Shown here: one piece after another, positions 47,259 through 57,000 of the stretch
Layout: every line of letters starts with the position of its first letter
Numbering within the stretch: position 1 is the stretch's first letter
Source: an uncultured bacterium
Lineage (GTDB): Bacteria > Patescibacteriota > Saccharimonadia > Saccharimonadales > UBA4665
NCBI GenBank assembly: GCA_963701245.1
Contig: OY969576.1
Location: 208,456 to 272,455 of the forward strand
Direction of reading: 5' to 3'
DNA length: 64,000 nt
Position numbers and translations under genes: made by a program
Notes under the pieces: model-generated
The model's database searches: none
What the model was told of the DNA's origin: nothing
The model's input: only the letters and a program-made list of their open reading frames with translations

Positions 47259-48449
47259 ATGATCGAAGCTACAGAGCGTCTGATACTCAAAAGGCTAAAA
47301 CCATTATATTGGGCTGCTTTTTTTCAAGGCTTTGTACTCTGGTATGCCATTGAAAAATTATTTATGGTAAGCATCGGTTTTAATAATGCGACGATTGCTC
47401 TCGCCACATCTTTGTACGTAGTGGTGATGTTGATCATGAATGTTCCTTACGGTGTATTGGCGGATCGTTGGAGCCGTAAAGGAGTATTGTTTATAGCCAT
47501 TGTAATGTTGATACTTGCATCTATTGTGTGCGGACTGAGTCATACCTACATTCAATACTTGATTGGCTTTATGTTATGGGGCATGTTTTACGCTGGTTAT
47601 ACGGGAACGTACGATTCGATTATTTACGATCTTGTACTGGAGGAAACTGGTTCGCCAAACGGTTTTGAAAAGTTGTACGGCCGCGTGCAAGTCTATGATT
47701 CAATTGCACTCGTAATCGGCTCGGCTGCCGGTGGTGTTATCGGTCACGCCTTTGGTCTTCGGATTGACTATTATCTTACTGCTGTTTTTGTTAGTTTCTC
47801 ACTTATCTCGCTGTACTTTTTTCATGAACCGACCCTGCATAAAAAGGCCGTTGTTTTGCCGATTCGACACCATCTTAAAGAAATTGTATCCAGTGTCACA
47901 CATTCGATTATCATGCTTTGGATTACGATTGCAGTCATTTGTAATGTCCTGGTGTTGCGTTTGGTGGCAGAATTTTCGGCGTTATGGTACCTCGGCTTGA
48001 AATTACCAGAAAGTTGGTACGGACCAGCGGCGGTACTCTTTTTTATTGGCTTTGGGGTTGGCGGTTATGCGGCGCCATGGGTAAGTCGATCAGCGCTTCG
48101 TAGCTTAGGTGTCACTGGATTGGCGATTATCGCCAGTGCCGGTTTATTCACCCACCATCCCTTGCTAATAATACTGTGCTTCGCGCTCCTTATTAGCTGT
48201 ATGCTGAATATTAGTGTCGTAGTAAACCGGTATCTGCACGACCTGCTAACGTCACGCATTCGCGCTGGTGCTTCGTCATTACTAACGACCGCCGGTTACG
48301 TCGTTTTTATTCCAACTGGCATCATTTTCGGTATAATCAGCCGAGATCACGGAATATTTATCGCGTCATGGTTCGTGACCATTCCTTTAGTCGTACTTTT
48401 TGCTGCATTACTTGCAATTGTGCTACATCAAAAGAAAAATAACGAGTGA
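47259..48449 (+). CDS. MFS transporter
   Basis: 12 predicted TM helices, with a GVLADRWSRKG loop motif between TM2 and TM3. Confidence 0.8.
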   Translation: MIEATERLILKRLKPLYWAAFFQGFVLWYAIEKLFMVSIGFNNATIALATSLYVVVMLIMNVPYGVLADRWSRKGVLFIAIVMLILASIVCGLSHTYIQYLIGFMLWGMFYAGYTGTYDSIIYDLVLEETGSPNGFEKLYGRVQVYDSIALVIGSAAGGVIGHAFGLRIDYYLTAVFVSFSLISLYFFHEPTLHKKAVVLPIRHHLKEIVSSVTHSIIMLWITIAVICNVLVLRLVAEFSALWYLGLKLPESWYGPAAVLFFIGFGVGGYAAPWVSRSALRSLGVTGLAIIASAGLFTHHPLLIILCFALLISCMLNISVVVNRYLHDLLTSRIRAGASSLLTTAGYVVFIPTGIIFGIISRDHGIFIASWFVTIPLVVLFAALLAIVLHQKKNNE

Positions 48450-48465
48450 GATATAAACTTTAGGC

Positions 48466-49101
48466 TTACGGCATTGTAAAGCTATTCAGTTGCTCGGCAT
48501 AGCTGAGCAATAGCGCATTTGGGCAATGTCGTTGGGGGTAAAAATAAGCAATGCGCTGGTCAGCGAGTAGTTTGTGATAGGCGGGTGTTCGCCCTTTCAG
48601 TGGCTGGAACGAGACATTTATACCGTTGACACAGGCTTGTACCGTCGGGACGGCGGAAAAAACATTCGGGACTGGTAGACTCGCATCATCGTCCATCGCA
48701 ATGACTGACTGTTGGATATCGACTGCACTGACGATATGAAGTGTCGTTGGCTCAGAACGATCGTACGAATAGAGTACCTGACCGAGATTCGGATTCATCT
48801 GGGGTAATACAATACGCGCTTCAGGTACATATAAATTGCCTGTCATTGGATCTTCGGCTAAGGGCTGGTTGATGGTGCCAAGATTTTGGGCAATCAGATC
48901 AGCAGCGCGCTGGTTGTCTAAAAGTTGTAGTTGATTGTTGTCGGAGTTGAGTGCGTCCACGAGATTATACAAGCTAAGTCCGATTACTAGGAACATTAAA
49001 ACTAAGCTGAAAGAAAATAGTAGTTTATATTTGAAGTGAACTTTCTTTATCCGTTTTACATGCTTGTGATGCGTCGCATGTCTTTTTTTCATACTGTTCA
49101 A
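48466..49101 (-). CDS. Hypothetical membrane-anchored protein
   Basis: Basic N-terminus, one TM helix, then an extracytoplasmic domain. Confidence 0.5.
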   Translation of the reverse strand: MNSMKKRHATHHKHVKRIKKVHFKYKLLFSFSLVLMFLVIGLSLYNLVDALNSDNNQLQLLDNQRAADLIAQNLGTINQPLAEDPMTGNLYVPEARIVLPQMNPNLGQVLYSYDRSEPTTLHIVSAVDIQQSVIAMDDDASLPVPNVFSAVPTVQACVNGINVSFQPLKGRTPAYHKLLADQRIAYFYPQRHCPNALLLSYAEQLNSFTMP

Positions 49102-49140
49102 TATACCATAAGCGTAATATGGTACGGTACCGCTTTATTG

Positions 49141-50070
49141 TTAGAGTGGAGTCCTAGGAAGGAAAACTTCAGCTAACATACAGCGAATACTTCCACCGCC
49201 AAGCGTCTCAAGAGTCGGAATTGCAAAAGCTAAAATCTGTTTATCTTGTGCAAGTATCGCTCTCTGGTTTGGCGTATAAACATTGAAAGCAGACTGACTC
49301 ATAACTAAAAATCGTTCGCCGACCGGATTATGGAGTTCAAGGATATTGCCGCAAAAGGATAGCATTTGCGTTTTACTGATGTCCACTAGTGTATGCCCAC
49401 TCGATTTGATGACTTCGGTCACTGCCGTTCGTTCGTTGTCTGACGTAATCGCAGAAGCGCATATAACCGCAGTCGATGACTGAATACCCATCATTACATT
49501 GGTGTGGTAAATGGCTGCACCTCTTGATTCAGCGTGAAATGAAATCGGACGATAGCCGAGTGACTGGGCGTGGGCTTCAAACAGTTGTTTGTTGCTTCGC
49601 GGTGAAAGACAACAATAGGCCAGTCTATGTTGATGGTCAAAAATAATTGAGCCAGTACTCTCCAAAAATATACCTCGGTTCTCGTTGTCGCTTAAGTCAG
49701 TGACCCCGTTCACTTTAAAGTTGTGCTTAAGTATATCAACGACTGCTGAGCTTCGTTCATGTCGACGACTGGCCTGCGCCATAGGATATAAATAGATTTG
49801 ACCATTCGGCCAGGTACTAATCCAGTTGTTTGGAAAAACTGCACTAGGGGCAGGTATGGTGTTGTCGTCACCTGCTGCAATAACTTCGATCTGATGAAAC
49901 CGCAGTCCATGTACCACACCATTAAACTCTCGCTCGACTTGTTCAGCGATTTGCTGATTTGAGACGTGAAGTTGTTTTTGGAAAGTGTTGGACTGTGCTG
50001 TTTCAGGGTCAAAACCAAAGTGTGTAGGTTTGACCATGAGAACGATCGACGTTGATTGCTCGGGTTCCAT
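49141..50070 (-). CDS. Amidinotransferase-fold enzyme (arginine-deiminase-related/CtlX-like)
   Basis: LMVKPTHFGFDPETAQSNTFQ N-terminus and C-terminal GGGSIRCMLAEVF (catalytic Cys). Confidence 0.6.
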   Translation of the reverse strand: MEPEQSTSIVLMVKPTHFGFDPETAQSNTFQKQLHVSNQQIAEQVEREFNGVVHGLRFHQIEVIAAGDDNTIPAPSAVFPNNWISTWPNGQIYLYPMAQASRRHERSSAVVDILKHNFKVNGVTDLSDNENRGIFLESTGSIIFDHQHRLAYCCLSPRSNKQLFEAHAQSLGYRPISFHAESRGAAIYHTNVMMGIQSSTAVICASAITSDNERTAVTEVIKSSGHTLVDISKTQMLSFCGNILELHNPVGERFLVMSQSAFNVYTPNQRAILAQDKQILAFAIPTLETLGGGSIRCMLAEVFLPRTPL

Positions 50071-50122
50071 AAAAACCCTGATTTATAGGTAGCTAATTCA
50101 TTTTTCGCAATCTTATGAATGA

Positions 50123-51421
50123 TTATTCGTAGCGAAGGGCGTCAATTGGGTCTTTTCGACTAGCTCGAAGTGCCGGCAGTGTACCTGCCAAAAAGGCGAT
50201 GAGCATAATACCGACTATAACGACGATAACTGTTTTAAGCGGAAATGTCAGTAATGATAAACCTGGAAAGTTTTTTAAGAAGCCATGCGACCCGATACTA
50301 TTAATTGCCTTGCCGATGAGACTGGCAAAAAGCACTCCTAAAGCACTTCCCCAGAAGCCTATCAAAACGGCTTCGATACTAAAGAGTAGGAAAATGCGTT
50401 TGCGGCCCATGCCGAGTGCCTTCATTAAGCCGATTTCTTTCGTTCGTTCTTGGACAGCCATAAACAGTGTATTGATAATTCCAAAAGTGGCGGCTAGTAA
50501 GGCTATGCCGCCGAACAAGTCAAAGACAATAATTATGGCATCGATGGCAGTAAAGATGGTATTCTCGGTGTCTTTAATCGTTTGACCGGAGTACCCTTTG
50601 TTTGACAGTTGGTTTTTTATATCCGTTATTTGGGCAGTAGTGAGAGTAGTCGGAAAGATCGCTACGACCGTAGAAAATGAATTGGCGGTCGCTGGTGGTA
50701 GACCTTTACTTTGAATGGTGTAGAGGCTGGTGGCGAGCGGTGTATTGACATATGCCACGGCATCACCAATCACTGATTTTTGCTGTACGCCGACGACATA
50801 AGCAGGCACGGTGCTTTGTTCTCCCTCGGCGCTGGTAATTCCAATGGTCACAGGTTGGCCGATGATAGCTTCGTTCGAGGAGTAGCCCAAAGGTCCGACA
50901 TAGCTTTCCGGAACGGAAATTTGATATTGATTGGCGTTCACGTTGACGCCATTGCCAGCCAGCATATCAGCCGTTGTGGAGCCGTATTGCTCCGTCAAAT
51001 CGACCTGATATTTATTGCCAGTCCCCATGATATAGTCTGCCGAAATGGCATGAACTGCTTCTACTGACGTAATATTAGGTATCGCTTTTATCGTGTTTAT
51101 ATCTGATTGAGTCATCAATAATTGGCGGTCACGCGGTCCTTGCCCACTATTGGGCGCAACTTTTTGATTTGGATTATATACTTCTGGACCGCTACTGCTT
51201 GAACCTGGTGATTGTTTGTCGGCAACTTGAATTTCTAGGATGTTCGTTGCTCCTAAGTTTCCAATCTGTTTGTTGAGATAACTTTTAATACCTGATCCAA
51301 TGCCATTGGTGAGCGTAATGGTCATTGCCCCTATAAAAATAGCAATTATCGTTAGAATAGTTCGCGCTTTATTGCGCAACATATTCGCCGAGGCCGTCTG
51401 TAGTAGATCAAACAAGTTCAC
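50123..51421 (-). CDS. ABC transporter permease, FtsX/MacB-like
   Basis: N-terminal LRNKARTILTIIAIFIGAM, a large periplasmic loop, and a C-terminal FtsX four-helix module. GTG start at 51421 overlaps the ATPase gene stop. Confidence 0.8.
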   Translation of the reverse strand: MNLFDLLQTASANMLRNKARTILTIIAIFIGAMTITLTNGIGSGIKSYLNKQIGNLGATNILEIQVADKQSPGSSSSGPEVYNPNQKVAPNSGQGPRDRQLLMTQSDINTIKAIPNITSVEAVHAISADYIMGTGNKYQVDLTEQYGSTTADMLAGNGVNVNANQYQISVPESYVGPLGYSSNEAIIGQPVTIGITSAEGEQSTVPAYVVGVQQKSVIGDAVAYVNTPLATSLYTIQSKGLPPATANSFSTVVAIFPTTLTTAQITDIKNQLSNKGYSGQTIKDTENTIFTAIDAIIIVFDLFGGIALLAATFGIINTLFMAVQERTKEIGLMKALGMGRKRIFLLFSIEAVLIGFWGSALGVLFASLIGKAINSIGSHGFLKNFPGLSLLTFPLKTVIVVIVGIMLIAFLAGTLPALRASRKDPIDALRYE

Positions 51422-52118
51422 GTCGAGGCGCCTCTCTATGTGGTTCAGGTCGAAGTAAATGACCATCCTTGATGAGTATTTGCCGTTGACATTTTCTGGC
51501 AAGGTCAATGTCATGGGTCACAATAATCAAGGTTATACCGCTATCGTGGTTTAGTCTGAACAAAAGGTCAGTAATAATTTTGCCAGTCTGGCTATCTAAA
51601 TTACCAGTCGGCTCATCGGCAAAAATAATTCTTGGACTATTTACTAAGGCACGAGCAATACAGACTCTCTGTTTCTGGCCACCGCTTAAATTCGCAGCTT
51701 TGGAATGCGCTTTTTCGAGCAAATCAACAGCTTTTAAAACGGCTAAGCCGCGTTTTTTTCGTTCGCGTCGCCCTACCTTCGCTATCTTAAGGGGCAATAT
51801 GACGTTATTGAGGACGGTGTCATTACCATTTAAAAAGAATTGTTGAAAGACAAAACCGTATTGTTTATTTCTAAGCAAATCAACTTGTTTGGTTTTCATC
51901 GATGAGGCATTTTCATCACCAACATAGATCGCACCTTTGGTGGGACGGTCAAGAAGAGCGAGGATATGCATGAGCGTGCTTTTCCCCGAACCACTCTTGC
52001 CTAAAATTGCCACCGATTCCCCGTCGTTGACGCTCAACGTTATTTCACTTAGAGCAGTAAAGGCGGTATCGCCTTTACCATACGTTTTACTTACATTTTT
52101 TGCCGCAATAGAAAGCAT
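51408..52118 (-). CDS. ABC transporter ATP-binding protein (MacB/LolD-like)
   Basis: GKSGSGKST Walker A, LSGGQKQR signature and IIFADEPT Walker B. Confidence 0.9.
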   Translation of the reverse strand: MLSIAAKNVSKTYGKGDTAFTALSEITLSVNDGESVAILGKSGSGKSTLMHILALLDRPTKGAIYVGDENASSMKTKQVDLLRNKQYGFVFQQFFLNGNDTVLNNVILPLKIAKVGRRERKKRGLAVLKAVDLLEKAHSKAANLSGGQKQRVCIARALVNSPRIIFADEPTGNLDSQTGKIITDLLFRLNHDSGITLIIVTHDIDLARKCQRQILIKDGHLLRPEPHREAPRRELV

Positions 52119-52264
52119 ACTTTATACAAATTAAACAACAGGTTCGGTCATTCGTTCCGGTCTGAAGTCTACCTTGTAGTATAAACGATCATCTGAGATT
52201 GCGTAAATCTAATATGGCTTTTTCTATAGCCTATCTTCAGACAGCGATTTGAAAAAAGCAACTA

Positions 52265-52510
52265 CTAGTTCCGTCGTTCGACTGTAATTGTGCATTCTGT
52301 CACTAGTGCGGCAATTGCCCCAACAGCAGCCAGCATTGGTGCAATGACGGTTCCAATCACGCCAATCGTAAGTGGTAGCTCGATAATAGTTTTACCAGCC
52401 TTCGTTTTAATGGTAATTCGACGAATGTTACCTTCATTTATAAGCTGCTTCACCTTTTTTAAAAGCTCTTCACCACTGACGCTAAATTCTTCAGTCGATT
52501 TATCTGACAT
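52265..52510 (-). CDS. DUF4342-like small protein
   Basis: SGEELLKKVKQLINEGNIRRITIK...ELPLTIGVIG pattern. Confidence 0.6.
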   Translation of the reverse strand: MSDKSTEEFSVSGEELLKKVKQLINEGNIRRITIKTKAGKTIIELPLTIGVIGTVIAPMLAAVGAIAALVTECTITVERRN

Positions 52511-52636
52511 GCATGATTCCTCCTTACGCTGTTACTTAAGTATATACTGGTCTCGCTTGTCTAGGAGAAGATTCCGTAGGTGTTCTTTAAGCATAACCAT
52601 TCGCATGATATCATTAGGCGTAGCAGTGAGACGGTA

Positions 52637-53521
52637 ATGAAACAAAGAGCTAACTTCCGTATACTTCTAGCCAGTAAAACGAATCGACGTCTGGTGGCAC
52701 TTTGTAGTGTGCTGGTAATTGGTTGCATCGGTGCTTATTTTTTATCTGGTGGCCAGGCTGATACTCCCTACAGTAGCGTTGAGGCTGCCTCAGGCAGCAT
52801 ATCCGGAAGTGCGACTGTATCAGAGGATCCGACAGCTTCATCGTCCAAAGCGGTGGTCTTTGGTGCAGCGCCTGCCGTCGCTGGTTGCACAAATCCTCTG
52901 TTCACTTCAACAAGTAGCACTGGAACGTGGTCAACGAATGGTTACTTTGTTAATAATGATGCTTGGAATAGCACTGAAGCTGGTCCACAGACTATGTATG
53001 CGTGCTCGTTTAATAACTGGTATGTCGTCTCTAATCAACCTAACCTTACAACAGATCCGGGCTCAGTCAAGACCTATCCCGACATTGAAAAATTATTTAG
53101 TGAACAACCAATTAAATCGTTCCATACGATTACGAGTTTTTATAATGAAACTACTCCAAATGTCGGTAATTGGGACACGGCCTATGATATTTGGGCAAAT
53201 AATTGGAAAAATGAAATTATGATCTGGAATAACGAACAAAACCAGGGTCAAATTCCACCAAGCGGTGCAATCAATGTGACTGTAGCTGGGCACGAGTATG
53301 CCGCCTGGCAAAACGGTTCGAAATATACGACCTTGGTAGTGCAGCCGATGAATTCGTCGGGCAATGTGAATATATTGGGTGTACTAAATTGGCTTACCAC
53401 AAAAGGCTGGCTTCCTAAAAACTCAACACTTACGGCCGTCGAATACGGCATTGAAATTTCTTATACCGGTGGTGGACCAGCTACGTTTAGTGTCAACAAC
53501 TTTTCTCTCTCAGCAAACTAG
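52637..53521 (+). CDS. Secreted glycoside hydrolase family 12-like protein
   Basis: Signal anchor, NNDAWN, and YDIWANNWKNEIMIWNN (EIMIW-type GH12 block). Start set at ATG 52637. Confidence 0.5.
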   Translation: MKQRANFRILLASKTNRRLVALCSVLVIGCIGAYFLSGGQADTPYSSVEAASGSISGSATVSEDPTASSSKAVVFGAAPAVAGCTNPLFTSTSSTGTWSTNGYFVNNDAWNSTEAGPQTMYACSFNNWYVVSNQPNLTTDPGSVKTYPDIEKLFSEQPIKSFHTITSFYNETTPNVGNWDTAYDIWANNWKNEIMIWNNEQNQGQIPPSGAINVTVAGHEYAAWQNGSKYTTLVVQPMNSSGNVNILGVLNWLTTKGWLPKNSTLTAVEYGIEISYTGGGPATFSVNNFSLSAN

Positions 53522-53530
53522 ACTGTTTAT

Positions 53531-54853
53531 TTAAGAACGGCTTAATGCTCGGCCGAGTGGTCCTTCAACATCTTCTAATAGGCCTTTGAGTTGCTGGTGA
53601 AGCTTTGGCAAATGTGAACGTCCACGCAAATCATAAATGACAAAACCTAAGAAGGTCAGTATCAGTCCGATAAGTAGTGTCGTTTTTGGCATAAAGAAAA
53701 ATTGACTTGCTGCACCGATGGCGCCAAGAATAGGTATGCACCAGCGACCTGGCAGTTTAAGTCCCTGAAAAGATTTTGAACGCTGGGCTTTAGCAGCTGC
53801 AAAGTTGACAATTATTAATGCCACAATGGCAGTGACATTGGCTAAATCGATCACGGCTTTCGTCTGACCTGATAGCAAGAGAATGAAGTAGAGTAAGGCA
53901 GCAGCCAATACGCTGTAAATAGGATGGCCTTTCTTTAAACGACCAAGAATAGTTGGTACTTCACGATTCGCCGCCAAGCGTACCATAATTTCCGAAGATC
54001 CAAGAATATTAGCATTGGCGCTCGATAAAGTGCTAAATATGGCGCCAACGATGATTAGCCCACCACCGATTGGACCGATCAAGTGTTGGGCGGCGACGCC
54101 GACACTTGCTTCGGAGTACGAAGATAAGTGAGCCGATAATAAGGCAATGGCCACCCCACAGTAGATGAGTGTCACGATGAGCATACTTAATATAATGGCT
54201 TTTGGTACGGTTTTGCGTGGATTGTCGATATCGTTAGATATAGAAGTGATGACGTTAAAACCGAGGAATGCAATAAAGAGAAAGGCGCTAGTGCCAAATA
54301 CTTGGGAGATACCGTGCGGGGTAAACGGGTGCAATGCCGAGGTATGAAAATGAAGCAGACCGAATGTCACTAATACTAATAGAATGAGGATTTTCACGGT
54401 TACTAAAATAGACTCCACTTTACCTATTTCACTCGCTGGACCAAGATTGACTAACGTCAAAACCGTGGCTCCAATGAGTGACCAGCCGAGTATCGACAGC
54501 TGCGGCAGTATAAAGTCATGCATGTAGGTACCAAAGGCGTTGAGGACAAAAGCTGTCGCGATGATACCACTAAGATAAAAACACCAAGACGTCATAAAGC
54601 TCCACTGGGGAGAGCCAAGCGACTTGCCGACGAATGTATAGCCTGGTGATTCGTCAGAGACTTGCGAGGCGATAACTGAGAACGATAATGCCGAAAATAA
54701 AACAATCACTGCTGCGATTAAAAACGATGTAATCGCTGATGGTCCGGTTTGCATAAGAGCATCACCGCTCAAAACAAAAACGCCTCCACCTATCATGGCA
54801 CCGACTGCAAATGCTACCGCCATATACAGCGAAATCTTTTTTGTTTTGGACAT
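53531..54853 (-). CDS. APC-family amino acid permease
   Basis: 12 TM helices. N-terminal GAMIGGGVFVLSG motif. Confidence 0.8.
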   Translation of the reverse strand: MSKTKKISLYMAVAFAVGAMIGGGVFVLSGDALMQTGPSAITSFLIAAVIVLFSALSFSVIASQVSDESPGYTFVGKSLGSPQWSFMTSWCFYLSGIIATAFVLNAFGTYMHDFILPQLSILGWSLIGATVLTLVNLGPASEIGKVESILVTVKILILLVLVTFGLLHFHTSALHPFTPHGISQVFGTSAFLFIAFLGFNVITSISNDIDNPRKTVPKAIILSMLIVTLIYCGVAIALLSAHLSSYSEASVGVAAQHLIGPIGGGLIIVGAIFSTLSSANANILGSSEIMVRLAANREVPTILGRLKKGHPIYSVLAAALLYFILLLSGQTKAVIDLANVTAIVALIIVNFAAAKAQRSKSFQGLKLPGRWCIPILGAIGAASQFFFMPKTTLLIGLILTFLGFVIYDLRGRSHLPKLHQQLKGLLEDVEGPLGRALSRS

Positions 54854-54963
54854 GAAACTCAGAGTTTACGTATTTAGTATGTATTTGAGTATAACTTATT
54901 ATAGGGGAATCTAAATACTGTTAACGAAAGTGAAAGTCTGACTTTTTGCTACACTGATAATGA

Positions 54964-55617
54964 ATGTCAGATACCAGACACCACGAACATCATCAGAAGT
55001 CGCACACCGCACATGAGCATGGGCTATATGATGATCCGATAGTACGCTCTAAAGAAGGATTGAAGGTGGTATTCTTTAGTTTTCTGATTTTACTAATCGC
55101 ATCTGCGCTACAATTTATGCTTTTCAGAATGAGTCATAGTGTTGCGCTACTGACTGATGTCATACATAACGCCGGTGATTCTCTGACGGCAATTCCTCTG
55201 GGGATAGCGTTTCTACTCCATAGTCGAAAAGGTGAACTCTGGGCAGGCTACTTTATAGTTTTCATCGTATTTCTTAGCGCAGTTATTGCTGCCTGGCAGG
55301 TGATAGAAAAGTTTATTCATCCCTCCACTCCGGATCATTTATGGTTCCTTTTTCTGGCTGGTGTAATTGGTATTATCGGAAACGAGTTAGCCGCCTATAT
55401 TCGTTGGCAGGGGGGTAAAAAACTGCACAGCCCAGCATTAACCGCTGATGGCAATCATGCCAAGGCTGATGGCATTGTCAGTGCTGGAATAATAGTCAGT
55501 AGTATCTTCATTGCCTTTGGGTATCCTTTGGCTGACCCAATAATCGGATTTTTCATTACCCTATTAATTCTGCATTCCAGTTGGGAATCATTTGAGGTGA
55601 TCAAGGCATCAAAGTAA
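54964..55617 (+). CDS. Cation diffusion facilitator transporter, membrane domain only
   Basis: His-rich N-terminus, HNAGDSLTA and NHAKADG metal-site motifs. 217 aa with no C-terminal cytoplasmic domain. Confidence 0.7.
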   Translation: MSDTRHHEHHQKSHTAHEHGLYDDPIVRSKEGLKVVFFSFLILLIASALQFMLFRMSHSVALLTDVIHNAGDSLTAIPLGIAFLLHSRKGELWAGYFIVFIVFLSAVIAAWQVIEKFIHPSTPDHLWFLFLAGVIGIIGNELAAYIRWQGGKKLHSPALTADGNHAKADGIVSAGIIVSSIFIAFGYPLADPIIGFFITLLILHSSWESFEVIKASK

Positions 55618-55770
55618 TTGATTGTCATTCGCGTTCATTATCTTTGATGTAGCACGTAGACCCCCTTACTTTATTATTCGATTGGTAGCTTTTTGGAGCT
55701 TTAAAAGGTGGTTCGCTCAACTGCCGTCTGAAGTCTTTTAAATTTTTAAGCATGAGCGTACCATTACGAA

Positions 55771-56997
55771 GTGAGCCTATTCAGTTCAAACAATCAGGCG
55801 CAAAATCCTAGTGGCGCCAATCCATCTCTTGCTAGTGACCAATCACCGATAATTTGTACTGGATTAAGCGGCAATGAATACTACTGTATCGCCTTGTCTG
55901 GCTATTCACCCGGAGATATTTTGATGGGCAACTCGGTCTATTCATTAGGATACGTCGGAGGCCTACTGTCTAACGTCCATACCACACTAGGGGGTGAAAT
56001 AACCCAGTACACCAATATGATTAATGGTGGTAGGCGCTTGTCTTTAGAAAGATTTGAAGGCGAATTACAGGCGGCCAATGGTAATGGTGCCGCTGGGGTG
56101 ACCAGTGAACTTATTTTTCACCCTGGCAATATCGAGTTCTTGTCTATCGGCTCTAGTTTGTATGCCAAAGAGGGGTCGCCATCGAGTCGGGCGATGACGA
56201 CGGCAGCTGATGGCCAGGAGTTATTTTGTCAGCTCGATGCTGGCTTCCAACCACTCAGTTTTGTACTGGGAAACGTTGCCTATTCAATTGGCATAGGAAG
56301 AAATATGCTCGGCAGTCTCAGGCAGATGGCGCATGGCGAAGTTCGTCAGTATAGTGATCTTTTTAATACCACTCGTAATCTTGCGTTGCAGCGGATCATG
56401 GATGACGCGAAGCGCTACAACGCCAACGCCGTTGTTGGTATTCGAACTACTATTTTGCCTATTGGAACGACCAAAGTACAAGAAATGATTATGCTCGGGA
56501 CCGCCTCCTATCATCAGGCACTCGGTGGTGTGGCTCAGCAAGCCGGAGGAGTGATTACTTCAGATCTGACCTCCGAAGAAATGTGGAATGTCATGCGACT
56601 TGGCTATGCTCCGGTACAATTAGTACTCGGTACTTCAATTTATTCCCTGGGTGTTGCTGGTGGCGTGGCAGCAGCCTTACGCGGTATTGCGCATGGTGAA
56701 ATCAATGCCCTCAGTCAACTTGTCTACGGGGCCCGCGAGCAATCACTGAAAAAAGTGCAGGCTCAAGCCAAAGCTGTCGGTGCTGATATGGTTTTGGGAA
56801 TTAAAACGTATATTTATCAGCTGGAAGGCTCACTCATTGAGTTTCTGGCTATCGGGACAGCAGTCAAACGAATGGATGGTGTTACTCCTAAGTCGGAACA
56901 ATTACCACCGCAAGCGATTATTCGGGACAAAGATACATTTATCAATACGGCCGATTTCTCTTACGGCAATGACTTGAGTCATGCCAATACTGGCTAG
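55771..56997 (+). CDS. Triple-tandem YbjQ/UPF0145 (heavy-metal-binding-like) domain protein
   Basis: Three internal repeats of about 105 aa, each with the pattern GN.VYS(L/I)G...G...GE...(Y/L)... GTG start as in the ORF track. Confidence 0.6.
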   Translation: MSLFSSNNQAQNPSGANPSLASDQSPIICTGLSGNEYYCIALSGYSPGDILMGNSVYSLGYVGGLLSNVHTTLGGEITQYTNMINGGRRLSLERFEGELQAANGNGAAGVTSELIFHPGNIEFLSIGSSLYAKEGSPSSRAMTTAADGQELFCQLDAGFQPLSFVLGNVAYSIGIGRNMLGSLRQMAHGEVRQYSDLFNTTRNLALQRIMDDAKRYNANAVVGIRTTILPIGTTKVQEMIMLGTASYHQALGGVAQQAGGVITSDLTSEEMWNVMRLGYAPVQLVLGTSIYSLGVAGGVAAALRGIAHGEINALSQLVYGAREQSLKKVQAQAKAVGADMVLGIKTYIYQLEGSLIEFLAIGTAVKRMDGVTPKSEQLPPQAIIRDKDTFINTADFSYGNDLSHANTG

Positions 56998-57000
56998 TCC

